Shown piece by piece: positions 9,552-17,899 of a stretch of DNA of 64,000 nt (the stretch's first letter is position 1; each line of letters begins with the position of its first letter). Made by a program: the position numbers and the translations under genes. Source of the stretch: an uncultured Planctomycetaceae bacterium (GTDB lineage: Bacteria > Planctomycetota > Planctomycetia > Pirellulales > Thermoguttaceae); contig CAYYZY010000019.1 in NCBI GenBank assembly GCA_964475955.1, forward strand, positions 22 to 64,021. The letters run 5' to 3'. The notes under the pieces are model-generated. The model was not told the DNA's origin. It saw only the letters and a program-made list of their open reading frames with translations, and did no database searches.

Positions 9552-9743
9552 CGTTCGCACCTCGCTGGCTTCGGGGAGTGTCGGGGCGGGAAGGCGCAAC
9601 GGCGCAAATTGTCCCCGATCGGCCGCCGCGTGTAAAGCGCCGCGCCAACCTGGGGCTTCGTGTGCCGTCCGCCTGCGTTTCCACACTCTGCGTGCGCGGT
9701 GTGCGTCACGGCACGGGATGTGCCTGCGACGGAAACCGCCAAG

Positions 9744-10748
9744 TCATTTCTTGGCCGGCCTTGCCGTTCGGGCCCAAGACCGCGCCCGGGCGATCGTCCA
9801 CGCGAGGGCTACGGCGGCCGCGCCCCATGCCAGGCCGGAAAGCACGCCGCCCAGCACCGCGCCGCGGCGCGCGGCGAACGTCTGCGCGCCCCCGGGCATG
9901 TGGCCGGCCAGTCGCTGGACCGCGAAGCTGAGCGGATACCCGTTCCGCGGAACGCCCGACCCCGGCGCATACCGCACCCAGTCGAGTTGCAGCCAAAGGT
10001 ACCCGGCCAGCAGGTCGACGAAATACCCCACAACGAACGCCAGGAAGAACACCTGCACGGGCCGCCACCGGCCGGCGCCGCTGAGGCCCAACGCGATGCC
10101 GGGGCCCATCACGAGGACGGCCAGGGCGGCGCCGACGTCCAACAGCGTGTCCCACGAGTACTTGCCGTACACGTAACGGTGCGTCCCCAGGATCACGGCC
10201 ACCAGCGTCACCAGCACGAACAGGCCGGCCAGCGAGAACTGCGGGCGCAAGCGGCGGCGACCGCCGGCTTCGGCGGCGTCTTTCAGCCGGTCTTTGCCCA
10301 GGCGCTCTCCGAGGAGATCCAGCAGGCGGTCGAAATCTCCCGCGCGGGGGAGCATCGACGACCGGACGACGTACCGACGCTCGGCCGACGCGATCTCGAC
10401 CAGCCGGGAGTCCCAAGACTTGCTCGTGCGGATCGAAGCGATCTCGTCGAGCGGCACGGTCGCGCGCGACGCCGACCAGCGACTGCGCGGAAGCGAGATC
10501 GCCGACCCGCCGACCTCAACCGCGCGCCGCCGGAGCCACCGGTCGAACGTCGTCCAGAATGCAAGGCCGAGGAAGAAGACGCCGAGCCCGATCAGCGGAA
10601 CGCCCGCGACCGGTCCCGCAAGCGGCGGCGCATCGGGGTAGCCGAATCGCACCTGATACGCGCCGGCACCGAAGCCGATCGCCGCCAGCGCAACCAGCGC
10701 GACAACCGACCTCCACGGCTCGCAGTACTCGAAACGCGTACTCCGCAC
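9744..10748 (-). CDS. Hypothetical multi-pass membrane protein
   Basis: ORF 9744..10871. The first ~40 codons are read through repeat elements, so the true start is probably an internal GTG (about 10748) preceded by GGGAG repeats. Several hydrophobic segments are present (VVALVALAAIGFGAG, PLIGLGVFFLGLAFW, LAGLFVLVTLVAVILG, and others). Confidence 0.55.
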   Translation of the reverse strand: MRSTRFEYCEPWRSVVALVALAAIGFGAGAYQVRFGYPDAPPLAGPVAGVPLIGLGVFFLGLAFWTTFDRWLRRRAVEVGGSAISLPRSRWSASRATVPLDEIASIRTSKSWDSRLVEIASAERRYVVRSSMLPRAGDFDRLLDLLGERLGKDRLKDAAEAGGRRRLRPQFSLAGLFVLVTLVAVILGTHRYVYGKYSWDTLLDVGAALAVLVMGPGIALGLSGAGRWRPVQVFFLAFVVGYFVDLLAGYLWLQLDWVRYAPGSGVPRNGYPLSFAVQRLAGHMPGGAQTFAARRGAVLGGVLSGLAWGAAAVALAWTIARARSWARTARPAKK

Positions 10749-10796
10749 TCCCCACGCCCTACTCTCCACTCCCGACTCCCTTCTCCCCACTCCCAA
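10741..10796. repeat. 7-bp periodic array (CTCCCNN) x8
   Basis: ctccgca ctcccca cgcccta ctctcca ctcccga ctccctt ctcccca ctcccaa, directly abutting the 108-nt hairpin element. Confidence 0.85.
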
Positions 10797-10904
10797 ACGT
10801 GGGGCACGTTTCCAACGTGCCCACAACCCAATGGCACGTTGGAAACGTGCCCCACAACATGCGCGCACCACGCGCGCATCATCGCGGTCAAAGACTCTAC
10901 TACA
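10797..10904 (+). repeat. 108-nt three-hairpin repeat element, copy A
   Basis: Hairpins: GGCACGTT-TCC-AACGTGCC (10803-10821), its inverse GGCACGTT-GGA-AACGTGCC (10833-10851), and ATGCGCGC-ACCAC-GCGCGCAT (10858-10878). Near-identical inverted copy at 15937-16044 and a partial copy at 63958-64000. Confidence 0.9.
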
Positions 10905-11544
10905 ATTCCTTGATCCGAATATCCTTGTACCACGCTTCGGTCGGCGGGCCGCCGTGGATCTGGAGGCCGATGAGGCCCTTCTGGGGGATCTTGGGATCGG
11001 GCTCGGTGTAGTCGACCGTCTGGTGGCCGTTGATCCAGAGCTGGATGCGGCGTCCCTGGCAGCGGATCACGTAGTCGTTCCAACGGTCGGGCTCGACGAC
11101 CTTGGATCGCTCTTCCTTGGGCGGACCGGCCAGCACCTTGCGGCGCCGCGACTCGTCGTAGAGGCAGCCCCACCAGCCCTCGCCCAGGTCGGCCTGGTAG
11201 CCGATCATCTCGTTCGGATGGGCCGAATCTCTCGGCGCCCGCCGGCTGCGAATCTGCACGCCCGCGTTGGCCCCCTTGCCCCGCAGCTTGAACTTGAGCC
11301 GCAGCTCGAAGTCGGCGTACACGCGCCGGGTGCAGAGGAACTCGTTTTGCGGCACGCGCTTTTCGAGGCTGCCGCCGACGATCGCGCCGTCTTCGATGCG
11401 AAACACGTCGAGGTTGCCCTGCCAGCCGTCGAACGTCTTGCCGTCGAAGAGGGCGGTGAAGCTCTCTTCGTCGGCCGGCTTGTCAGCCGCAGCGAGGGAA
11501 CCGGTCAGCAGAACAGTGCACAGCACGAGGGGCATTCTTCTCAT
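10900..11544 (-). CDS. DUF1080 (3-keto-disaccharide hydrolase-like) domain protein, secreted
   Basis: 214 aa with a signal peptide (MRRMPLVLCTVLLTGSLAA). FTALFDGKTFDGWQG, then ADFELRLKFKL..GANAGVQIRS, and C-terminus GLIGLQIHGG..AWYKDIRIKEL, the typical DUF1080 pattern. Confidence 0.85.
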   Translation of the reverse strand: MRRMPLVLCTVLLTGSLAAADKPADEESFTALFDGKTFDGWQGNLDVFRIEDGAIVGGSLEKRVPQNEFLCTRRVYADFELRLKFKLRGKGANAGVQIRSRRAPRDSAHPNEMIGYQADLGEGWWGCLYDESRRRKVLAGPPKEERSKVVEPDRWNDYVIRCQGRRIQLWINGHQTVDYTEPDPKIPQKGLIGLQIHGGPPTEAWYKDIRIKEL

Positions 11545-11614
11545 GGCAGACTCCTTGCAGCGGTCAAAGGGTGTCCCAGCAGCGTGAGCAAATCTCGGGG
11601 CCGAGGAGGCCCTG

Positions 11615-11824
11615 TTATGGTTTGAACCCCCAGCCCCCGTCTTTCCAGAACTCGGCGAAACCGTGCCGGACGATGCGGTAACGCCGGGCCACGGCGCGGA
11701 CGTATGGCAGCTTGTCGAACAGCGACGCGATCAGCACGTAGGGCGTCGAGACGATCAAGCCGGCCGGGAGCACGATCAGCCAGTGGAGCGCCCAAAACGC
11801 GACGTCCAGGAACAGTTGGTGCAT
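11615..11824 (-). CDS. Hypothetical small membrane protein
   Basis: ORF 11615..11926; the likely start is ATG 11824 (MHQLFLDVAFWALHWLIVLPAGLIVSTPYVLIASLF). No recognisable family. Confidence 0.4.
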   Translation of the reverse strand: MHQLFLDVAFWALHWLIVLPAGLIVSTPYVLIASLFDKLPYVRAVARRYRIVRHGFAEFWKDGGWGFKP

Positions 11825-11980
11825 CACGGGCCTCTGTACTCGGGTGGCGTGCGAGGCGCAGCGACTGGCCCCTCCGCCTAGCCCGGCGCGGGGTCTCCGG
11901 TACTCTGGGTCCAGAATAGCGTGCATGCGCCCCTGCCGGCAACTCCTTTTGCGGAAGAAGGGCGGGCACGCCTGGCCGCT

Positions 11981-12670
11981 TCAAGTTGCGGCCCGGTCCA
12001 GTCCTTCCAGTGCTGTCAGCCAGTTGTGAAAGTGCGGGCATGCTTCTCGGATGACTTGCAGGCCGATTTCGCCTGCCAGGAGCGGGCCATCGACATTCGC
12101 CGCGTAGTCGGGAAAGAGCTTCTGGATCCGGGCCTTCGGATGGGTGTCCTGCCCGTCGTCGATTCTCTCCGGGTTTTCGTAGTGGCGGCAGACTTCGGCC
12201 AACTCTCTCGCGGCCCTGGCGCGGTTCTCGAACAGCCGTTCGAACGTGCTGGGCTGGGCTAAGAGCAGCGCCTCGAACTCGTGGAGCTGGAGATACGGGA
12301 GGAAGCGGTCGTCGGCGATCTCCTCGGCCAGGCCGGCCTCAAGAGCCTGCACGCGCCGGTAAGGGTCGCTTTGCCCCATCGCCCGGTCGTAGCCGGGAAA
12401 ATCGTTCGGCAGTCCGTACAGATCGACCATCATGGTGAAGCGCACGTCCTCTCCGCGGTCTTCCCTCAGCCATCGGGTCATATCGGCGAGGGCGTGCACA
12501 AACGTGCGGAGCAAGCCTCCTCGCGGAACCCGGCCCCTACGTCGCGAAACAGGGCCCGTCAGCCGCGGCCTTCCCAGCATCACGCCGTACCGCGCGAGAT
12601 GTGGCGTGAGAATTTGCGAGGCGAAGGCTTGTTCCGTTTGCCCCTCAACCGTCATGTGGAGCCGCATCAT
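11981..12670 (-). CDS. DUF4276-family protein (Toprim-like partner of ABC-type ATPases)
   Basis: The start ATG 12670-12668 overlaps the upstream ATPase TGA (ATGA). MMRLHMTVEGQTEQAFASQIL (EG-x-x-E block), FTMMVDLYGL, LQLHEFEALLLAQP and ACPHFHNWLTAL match my recollection of DUF4276. The longer listed ORF (to 13066) is an out-of-context extension. Confidence 0.7.
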   Translation of the reverse strand: MMRLHMTVEGQTEQAFASQILTPHLARYGVMLGRPRLTGPVSRRRGRVPRGGLLRTFVHALADMTRWLREDRGEDVRFTMMVDLYGLPNDFPGYDRAMGQSDPYRRVQALEAGLAEEIADDRFLPYLQLHEFEALLLAQPSTFERLFENRARAARELAEVCRHYENPERIDDGQDTHPKARIQKLFPDYAANVDGPLLAGEIGLQVIREACPHFHNWLTALEGLDRAAT

Positions 12671-13782
12671 CAGGCGGGCCCTCCCCCCAGGACGTTTTTC
12701 TCCCACAGTTCCCGGATGCTGTACTCCGCCAGCCACTCCTCCAGGCTTTCGCGCGTCTGCCGCGTGAAGGTTGAGCCGTCTTCGTCTCGCTCGACGACCA
12801 CGATGTCTTCCGGCTCGAATGCGTCCAAGAGGCCCGCCGACTGCGTGGCGACGATGACTTGGCAGTGGTGCGAGGCCTTTCGCATCAGGGCCCCGAGGAC
12901 GTTCTTGGCGAACGGGTGCAACCCCAGCTCCGGCTCGTCGATCACAATGACGTTGGGCAGGTCCTCCGTCGGCTGCGATAGAAGCGAGATCAACGCCATC
13001 GCCCGGAGGGTGCCGTCGGAGAGCTGATGCGGCCCGAAAACCAGATCCGAGGATTTCTCGCGCCAATTCAGGATGATGTCCTTGCCACTGGGACCGCTCG
13101 GCTCCAAGTCGAAATCAGCGAAGAAAGGGGCAATCTGTCGAATGGTCCCCACAATGCGCTGGTACGCTGTGGGCTCGTCGCGGTTCTTGAGCCTGTATAG
13201 GATGGCTGCGAGATTCCCCGCGTCGGGCCTCAGCCAGCGGTCCTCCCCCACGTAGCAGTACTGACGGATGCGGGCCGTCTCGGAAGTATCGTGAAACTGG
13301 TACACGCGGCAGTTGTTCAGCAGATGTCGAAACACACGCGCGACCGGGTCACCTCCCTCCGCCGCCTCAGTCACTCGTGTTTCCGTGTGACCCGCGCCCA
13401 ACTGCACGCGCTGCGGATCGCCCTGCCAGTCAGCACGCAAAAACTCCAGCCGCTCCTCTGCGAAGACAAGGGTGTCGCCCGCGGCGTGGAAAAGCCGCAT
13501 ACGGTATGTGTCCTGCCCATTGTCCACCTCGAAAACCAGGCGAGCTTCCATCTGGGGCGTCACTTTCGGCCCGTAGTGGAGCATGGAGCTCGCGCGCCCC
13601 GTGCCCGCAACAAACTGCTGCAAGCGCCCCCCCATCATCTCGTTGACCATCTTGAAGAACGATACCAGGTTGCTCTTGCCTGCGCCGTTCGCCCCGATCA
13701 TCACGTTCAGCCGCCGTATTTCAAGATCGACGGACTTGATCGACTTGAAACCTCGTAGCTGGATGTGGCTCAACCTTGACAT
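12670..13782 (-). CDS. ABC-type / AAA_21-like ATPase (SMC/RecF-like N-terminus)
   Basis: Likely start ATG 13782 (MSRLSHIQLRGFKSIKSVDLEI). Walker A is GANGAGKSN, the signature-like block is QLSDGTLRAM, and Walker B is NVIVIDEPELGLHP. VIVATQS sits at the H-loop position. Confidence 0.85.
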   Translation of the reverse strand: MSRLSHIQLRGFKSIKSVDLEIRRLNVMIGANGAGKSNLVSFFKMVNEMMGGRLQQFVAGTGRASSMLHYGPKVTPQMEARLVFEVDNGQDTYRMRLFHAAGDTLVFAEERLEFLRADWQGDPQRVQLGAGHTETRVTEAAEGGDPVARVFRHLLNNCRVYQFHDTSETARIRQYCYVGEDRWLRPDAGNLAAILYRLKNRDEPTAYQRIVGTIRQIAPFFADFDLEPSGPSGKDIILNWREKSSDLVFGPHQLSDGTLRAMALISLLSQPTEDLPNVIVIDEPELGLHPFAKNVLGALMRKASHHCQVIVATQSAGLLDAFEPEDIVVVERDEDGSTFTRQTRESLEEWLAEYSIRELWEKNVLGGGPA

Positions 13783-14033
13783 GTTCCGGCCCTCGGGCAG
13801 GCAACGCAGAGCGGCGCCGCACAGATTGGTGTGGTGTTGCCGTCCGCTGTGACAAGAAGTGAAGTATGGAACCGCCACGGTGCTTTAGCATAGCGTCTCG
13901 GCGGCGACCCTGGTAGGCGGAGCTCACCGGCCCTCGCTCCGCCAGCAGCGGGGATGGGGGCCCCTGGAATTCCGCCGCGGCCTCACCTAAAATCTTGGTC
14001 TTTGCCATGTCCTAAGCGAAAGGGATTACGACC

Positions 14034-15866
14034 ATGCGATCCGATACCGTCAAGAAGGGTGATGCCCGAGCCCCCCATCGAAGCCTGCTCCGCGCCTGCG
14101 GCGTGGGGGAGGACGACTTCGACAAGCCCTTCATCGCCATCTGCAACAGCTACACCGACATCGTGCCCGGCCACGTCCACCTCGATAAGGTGGGCCAGTT
14201 CGTCAAGGAGTGCGTGCGCGAGGCGGGCGGGATGCCGTTCGTGTTCAACACGATCGGCGTCGACGACGGCATCGCCATGGGCCACACCGGCATGAAGTTT
14301 TCGCTCCCCAGCCGCGAGCTCATCGCCGACTGCGTGGAGACGGTGATCCAGGCCCACTGCTTCGACGGCATGATCTGCATCCCCAACTGCGACAAGATCA
14401 TCCCCGGCATGCTCATGGCCACCGTCCGATGCAACGTCCCCACGGTGTTCGTCAGCGGCGGGCCCATGGAGGCCGGCAAGACGCCCGACGGGCGGAACGT
14501 CGACCTGATCGACGTCTTCAAGGCGGCCGCCGCCAAGCAGACCGGCAAGGCCACCGCCGACGAACTCCTGGCCGTGGAAAGGATCGGCTGCCCCACGTGC
14601 GGCTCCTGCTCCGGTTTGTTCACGGCCAACAGCATGAACTGCCTCTGCGAGGCCCTCGGACTGGCGCTTCCGATGAACGGCACGCTGCTGGCCACCAGCG
14701 CCGAGCGCAAGCGGCTCTTCCGCCGGGCCGCCCAGCGGATCGTGGAAATGGTCCTCCAGTTCGAGAAGGTCGGCGCGGGACACGGGCTCCTGCCGCGGGA
14801 GATCGTCACGCCGGACTCGGTCGACAACGCCATGGTGCTCGACATGGCCATGGGCGGAAGCACTAACACGGTGCTCCACATGCTGGCCGTGGCCCACGAG
14901 GCGGGCGTGGCCTACGACATGAAGCGGATCGCCGAGCTCAGCGGCCAAACGCCCAACGTCTGCAAGGTCGCCCCCAGCAGCCGGTACCACGTGGAAGACG
15001 TCCACAACTCGGGCGGCATCCACGGCATCCTGGGGAGCGTCGACCGCGGCCGGCCCGGCCTGCTCAACCTCGACTGCCCCACCGTCTCCGGCAAGCCCCT
15101 GGGCGAAAACATCGCCGAGTACGACGTGCGCGCCGAAACCGTCGCCGAGGAGACGCTCCAACTGGCCGCCGTCACCGCCCGGGGCGTGCGAAACAACCAG
15201 GGGATGAGCGTCGAGTCGACCGTCCGCTCCGTGCGCGAGCTCTCCAGCGACCAGCTCGGCTTCGACCCGTACGACTGCATCCGCGAGGTGGAAAACGCCT
15301 ACAGCCCGGAGGGCGGGCTGGCCGTGCTCTACGGCAACCTCGCGCCGGAGGGGTCGATCGTCAAGACGGCCGGCGTGCTGCCCGCTATGCTCCGGCACGC
15401 CGGCCCGGCCGTGATCTTCGAATCGGAGACCGACGCGTACGAGGGGATCGTCGGCGGCCGGGTCAAGGAGGGCGACGTGGTCGTGATCCGCCGCGAGGGC
15501 CCCCGAGGCGGACCCGGCATGCAGGAGATGCTCGCCCCCACCAGCGCCATCCAGGGCATCGGGCTCGACGACTCGGTCGCCCTGATCACCGACGGCCGCT
15601 TCTCCGGCGGCACGGCCGGCGCCTGCATCGGCCACGTCAGCCCCGAGGCGGCCGCCGGCGGCCCCATCGGCCTGTTGGAGCCGGGCGACGTGGTCGAGAT
15701 CGACGTCCCGGCCGGCAAGCTCGCCGTGCGCCTCACCGACGAAGATCTCCAGGAGCGCAAAGCCCGCTGGACCCCGCCCGAGCCCCGCTTCCAAGGCAAC
15801 TACCTCGCCAAATACGCCTCCATGGCCACCGATGCCGCCCACGGCGCGGTGCTGAAGTGGGATTAG
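14034..15866 (+). CDS. ilvD: Dihydroxy-acid dehydratase
   Basis: 610 aa. KPFIAICNSYTDIVPGHVHL, GVDDGIAMGHTGMKFSLPSRELIAD, CDKIIPGMLMA, FVSGGPMEAGK, and C-terminal ITDGRFSGGT. Confidence 0.95.
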   Translation: MRSDTVKKGDARAPHRSLLRACGVGEDDFDKPFIAICNSYTDIVPGHVHLDKVGQFVKECVREAGGMPFVFNTIGVDDGIAMGHTGMKFSLPSRELIADCVETVIQAHCFDGMICIPNCDKIIPGMLMATVRCNVPTVFVSGGPMEAGKTPDGRNVDLIDVFKAAAAKQTGKATADELLAVERIGCPTCGSCSGLFTANSMNCLCEALGLALPMNGTLLATSAERKRLFRRAAQRIVEMVLQFEKVGAGHGLLPREIVTPDSVDNAMVLDMAMGGSTNTVLHMLAVAHEAGVAYDMKRIAELSGQTPNVCKVAPSSRYHVEDVHNSGGIHGILGSVDRGRPGLLNLDCPTVSGKPLGENIAEYDVRAETVAEETLQLAAVTARGVRNNQGMSVESTVRSVRELSSDQLGFDPYDCIREVENAYSPEGGLAVLYGNLAPEGSIVKTAGVLPAMLRHAGPAVIFESETDAYEGIVGGRVKEGDVVVIRREGPRGGPGMQEMLAPTSAIQGIGLDDSVALITDGRFSGGTAGACIGHVSPEAAAGGPIGLLEPGDVVEIDVPAGKLAVRLTDEDLQERKARWTPPEPRFQGNYLAKYASMATDAAHGAVLKWD

Positions 15867-15936
15867 CCGCCCGCGGGCTCCCCCCACCGTCGTAGGGTGC
15901 CTGGTCTGCGTAGGTTGGGTGGAGGGTCATGAGTGC

Positions 15937-16044
15937 TGTAGTAGAGTCTCTGACCGTGATGATGCGCGCGGGGTGCGCGCATGTTGTGGGGCACGTTTCC
16001 AACGTGCCATTGGGTTGTGGGCACGTTGGAAACGTGCCCCACGT
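15937..16044 (-). repeat. 108-nt three-hairpin repeat element, copy B (inverted relative to copy A)
   Basis: tgtagtagagtctctgaccgtgatgatgcgcgcggggtgcgcgcatgttgtggggcacgtttccaacgtgccattgggttgtgggcacgttggaaacgtgccccacgt is the reverse complement of copy A with a few substitutions, mostly in loops or spacers. Confidence 0.9.
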
Positions 16045-16382
16045 CGGGTCGAGGGTCACGACACCCAGGCGGGCGAAGACTGGCAAGAACTGGGAAAGCG
16101 CCTTCGAGATTCCATCTGGGGTGAGCTTTCCCTTCCCAGCGAACACATCCCTTGTTTGAAAAGGGCCCAGGGCTGGTGTCTTTTCGGAATTGCCCCACAT
16201 GGGGTAAGGCGATAGACTGCCGGTAGATCGGCATGTCGAATTGAGCACGTTCTGTTGGCTCACCTTGGCTGGCTTTGCCTGCTTTGCTCGCCTTGCTTAT
16301 CTATCCAGTCCGCTTTGCGAGGCGACGCGCGTTGCCACCTGCGGACCTCGGCAAGTCCCCCTCAAAAATGGTGGTGTGGCCC

Positions 16383-16850
16383 ATGCGAATTGCGGAAAAC
16401 ACGGTCGTTGGCTTCGATTACACGCTCACCGACGACGCCGGCCAGGTGCTCGACTCGTCGGAAGGCCGAGGGCCCCTGTGGTACCTGCACGGCAGTGGCG
16501 GGATCATTCCCGGGCTGGAGCGGGAGCTGGCCGGCAAGGAGGCGGGCGATCAGCTTCAGGTCGCGCTGGCCCCGGAGGACGCGTACGGAGAGCGGAACGA
16601 GGCCCTCCGCCAAGAAGTCCCACGGGAGCAGTTCGCCGGCATCGAAGATCTTCAGGTCGGCATGCAGTTCCGCGTCGACTCGAATGCCGGCCCCGTCGTG
16701 ATCACGGTGGTCGACATCGCGGATGACGTCGTCACGGTCGACGGCAACCACCCACTCGCGGGGGTGAACCTCAATTTCGATCTGACGATCCGAGAGGTCC
16801 GCCAGGCCACCGAAGAGGAACTCACCCACGGCCACGCCCACGAGGCTTAG
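16383..16850 (+). CDS. slyD: FKBP-type peptidyl-prolyl cis-trans isomerase, SlyD-like
   Basis: ORF 16275..16850; likely start ATG 16383 (MRIAENTVVGFDYTLTDDAGQVLDSS). VDGNHPLAGVNLNFDLTIREVRQATEEEL is the SlyD C-terminal FKBP block, followed by a short His-rich tail (HGHAHEA). Confidence 0.85.
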   Translation: MRIAENTVVGFDYTLTDDAGQVLDSSEGRGPLWYLHGSGGIIPGLERELAGKEAGDQLQVALAPEDAYGERNEALRQEVPREQFAGIEDLQVGMQFRVDSNAGPVVITVVDIADDVVTVDGNHPLAGVNLNFDLTIREVRQATEEELTHGHAHEA

Positions 16851-17347
16851 GGGCATTCAAGTTAATTAGCGGGCAGGGAGGCACAGGCCGGGTGACGGCC
16901 GCGGGGCACTTTCCTCGCGTGCCAGGCGCGGGAGGGCCGCGCGCGGGCCGTCGTCTTCTCCATCTCCGCGGCTTCACTGAGGATCGCGCAGGCAGTGCGT
17001 GTCGTCGTTCGAGCCGCGAATGGCGACGATTGCGCCAGGCGCTCTTGCGCTCTTCCCAAGCCGCTGCGAAATCGTGCGCGGCCCGCTTCTTCGAAGCACG
17101 TTGGGGCGGATCGGCTGACGAAAAGGGCTGACCACCGACGCGGGCGAGCTGGCCGCCAATGTGCGTGCGTCGCGTGACTCGACCCGCGCCACGCTCGCTC
17201 CTATCATCTCGTTCTGGGTGGCCGCGGCATTGCGCGCCAGATCGGGCAGGTTGCGCGGTGGAGGGACTCTCCATCCGTCGCACCGCTGTCCTTCCGGCAG
17301 ATTCCTGGGAGAGATGAGAGATCCCGTCGAGCGGTGACTATTCTCCG

Positions 17348-17899
17348 GTGAGCGACAGGACACACAACTGCGGCCGCCCCCTCGGGCCGGAGCTTCTGGC
17401 CGCGCTGGTCGAACGGCACGCGGCCGCGCTGGAGCTGTACGCCTGCCAGTGGTGCGCCTGCCCGGAAGACTGCGTGCAGGAAGCGCTGATCGAATTGGCC
17501 GCGTGCGAGCGGCGCCCGGAGAACCCGGTCGCCTGGCTGTACCGGGCGGTCCGCTGCCGGGCGATCAACGCGAGCCGGGCGCAGCGGCGGCGGCGTCGGC
17601 ACGAGGCCCGCGCGGCGGCCGATCGGCCGGTGGTCCTGGTCGCGCCCGCCGGCGAAACGCTCGACGCGAAGCAGGTCGCCGCGGCCGTCGAGTCGCTCCC
17701 CGGCGAGGAGCGGGAAGTCGTCGTGGCCCGGCTCTGGGGCCAGTTGAGTTTTCGCGAGATCGGCGACGTGACGGGCACCTCGGAGAGCACGGCCCATCGG
17801 CATTACCGGTCTGCCCTGGTGCGATTGCGGGAGAAGATGAGTCCATCATGCACGAATCCGAACAAGAACGCGAGCTTGCGGCCTGGGCGGCCCGATTGA
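17348..17899 (+). CDS. ECF-type RNA polymerase sigma factor (sigma-70 family)
   Basis: GTG start. Region 2-like block is NPVAWLYRAVRCRAINASR. Region 4 HTH is LSFREIGDVTGTSESTAHRHYRSALVRLRE. Confidence 0.8.
   Translation: MSDRTHNCGRPLGPELLAALVERHAAALELYACQWCACPEDCVQEALIELAACERRPENPVAWLYRAVRCRAINASRAQRRRRRHEARAAADRPVVLVAPAGETLDAKQVAAAVESLPGEEREVVVARLWGQLSFREIGDVTGTSESTAHRHYRSALVRLREKMSPSCTNPNKNASLRPGRPD

Noticed and set aside
13983-15887. 634-aa minus-strand ORF
   Set aside because: It is exactly antisense to ilvD, which is unambiguous. The composition is shadow-frame-like.
10797-16044. Possibility that the repeated hairpin units represent a CRISPR array
   Set aside because: The copies are kilobases apart and in opposite orientations. 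There are no regularly spaced unique spacers and no cas genes. The short tandem arrays have 7-bp or 13-bp periods, far too short for CRISPR.
16851-17347. 500-bp gap upstream of the ECF sigma gene: looked for an ECF-type promoter (GGAAC-N16-CGTC), a small gene (ORF 16974..17363) or an RNA gene
   Set aside because: There is no convincing -35/-10 pair: only a CGTC at about 17325, without a matching GGAAC-like box at the right spacing. The 129-aa ORF is Arg/Ser/Pro-rich with no motif. No tRNA-like cloverleaf or known riboswitch pattern was visible.
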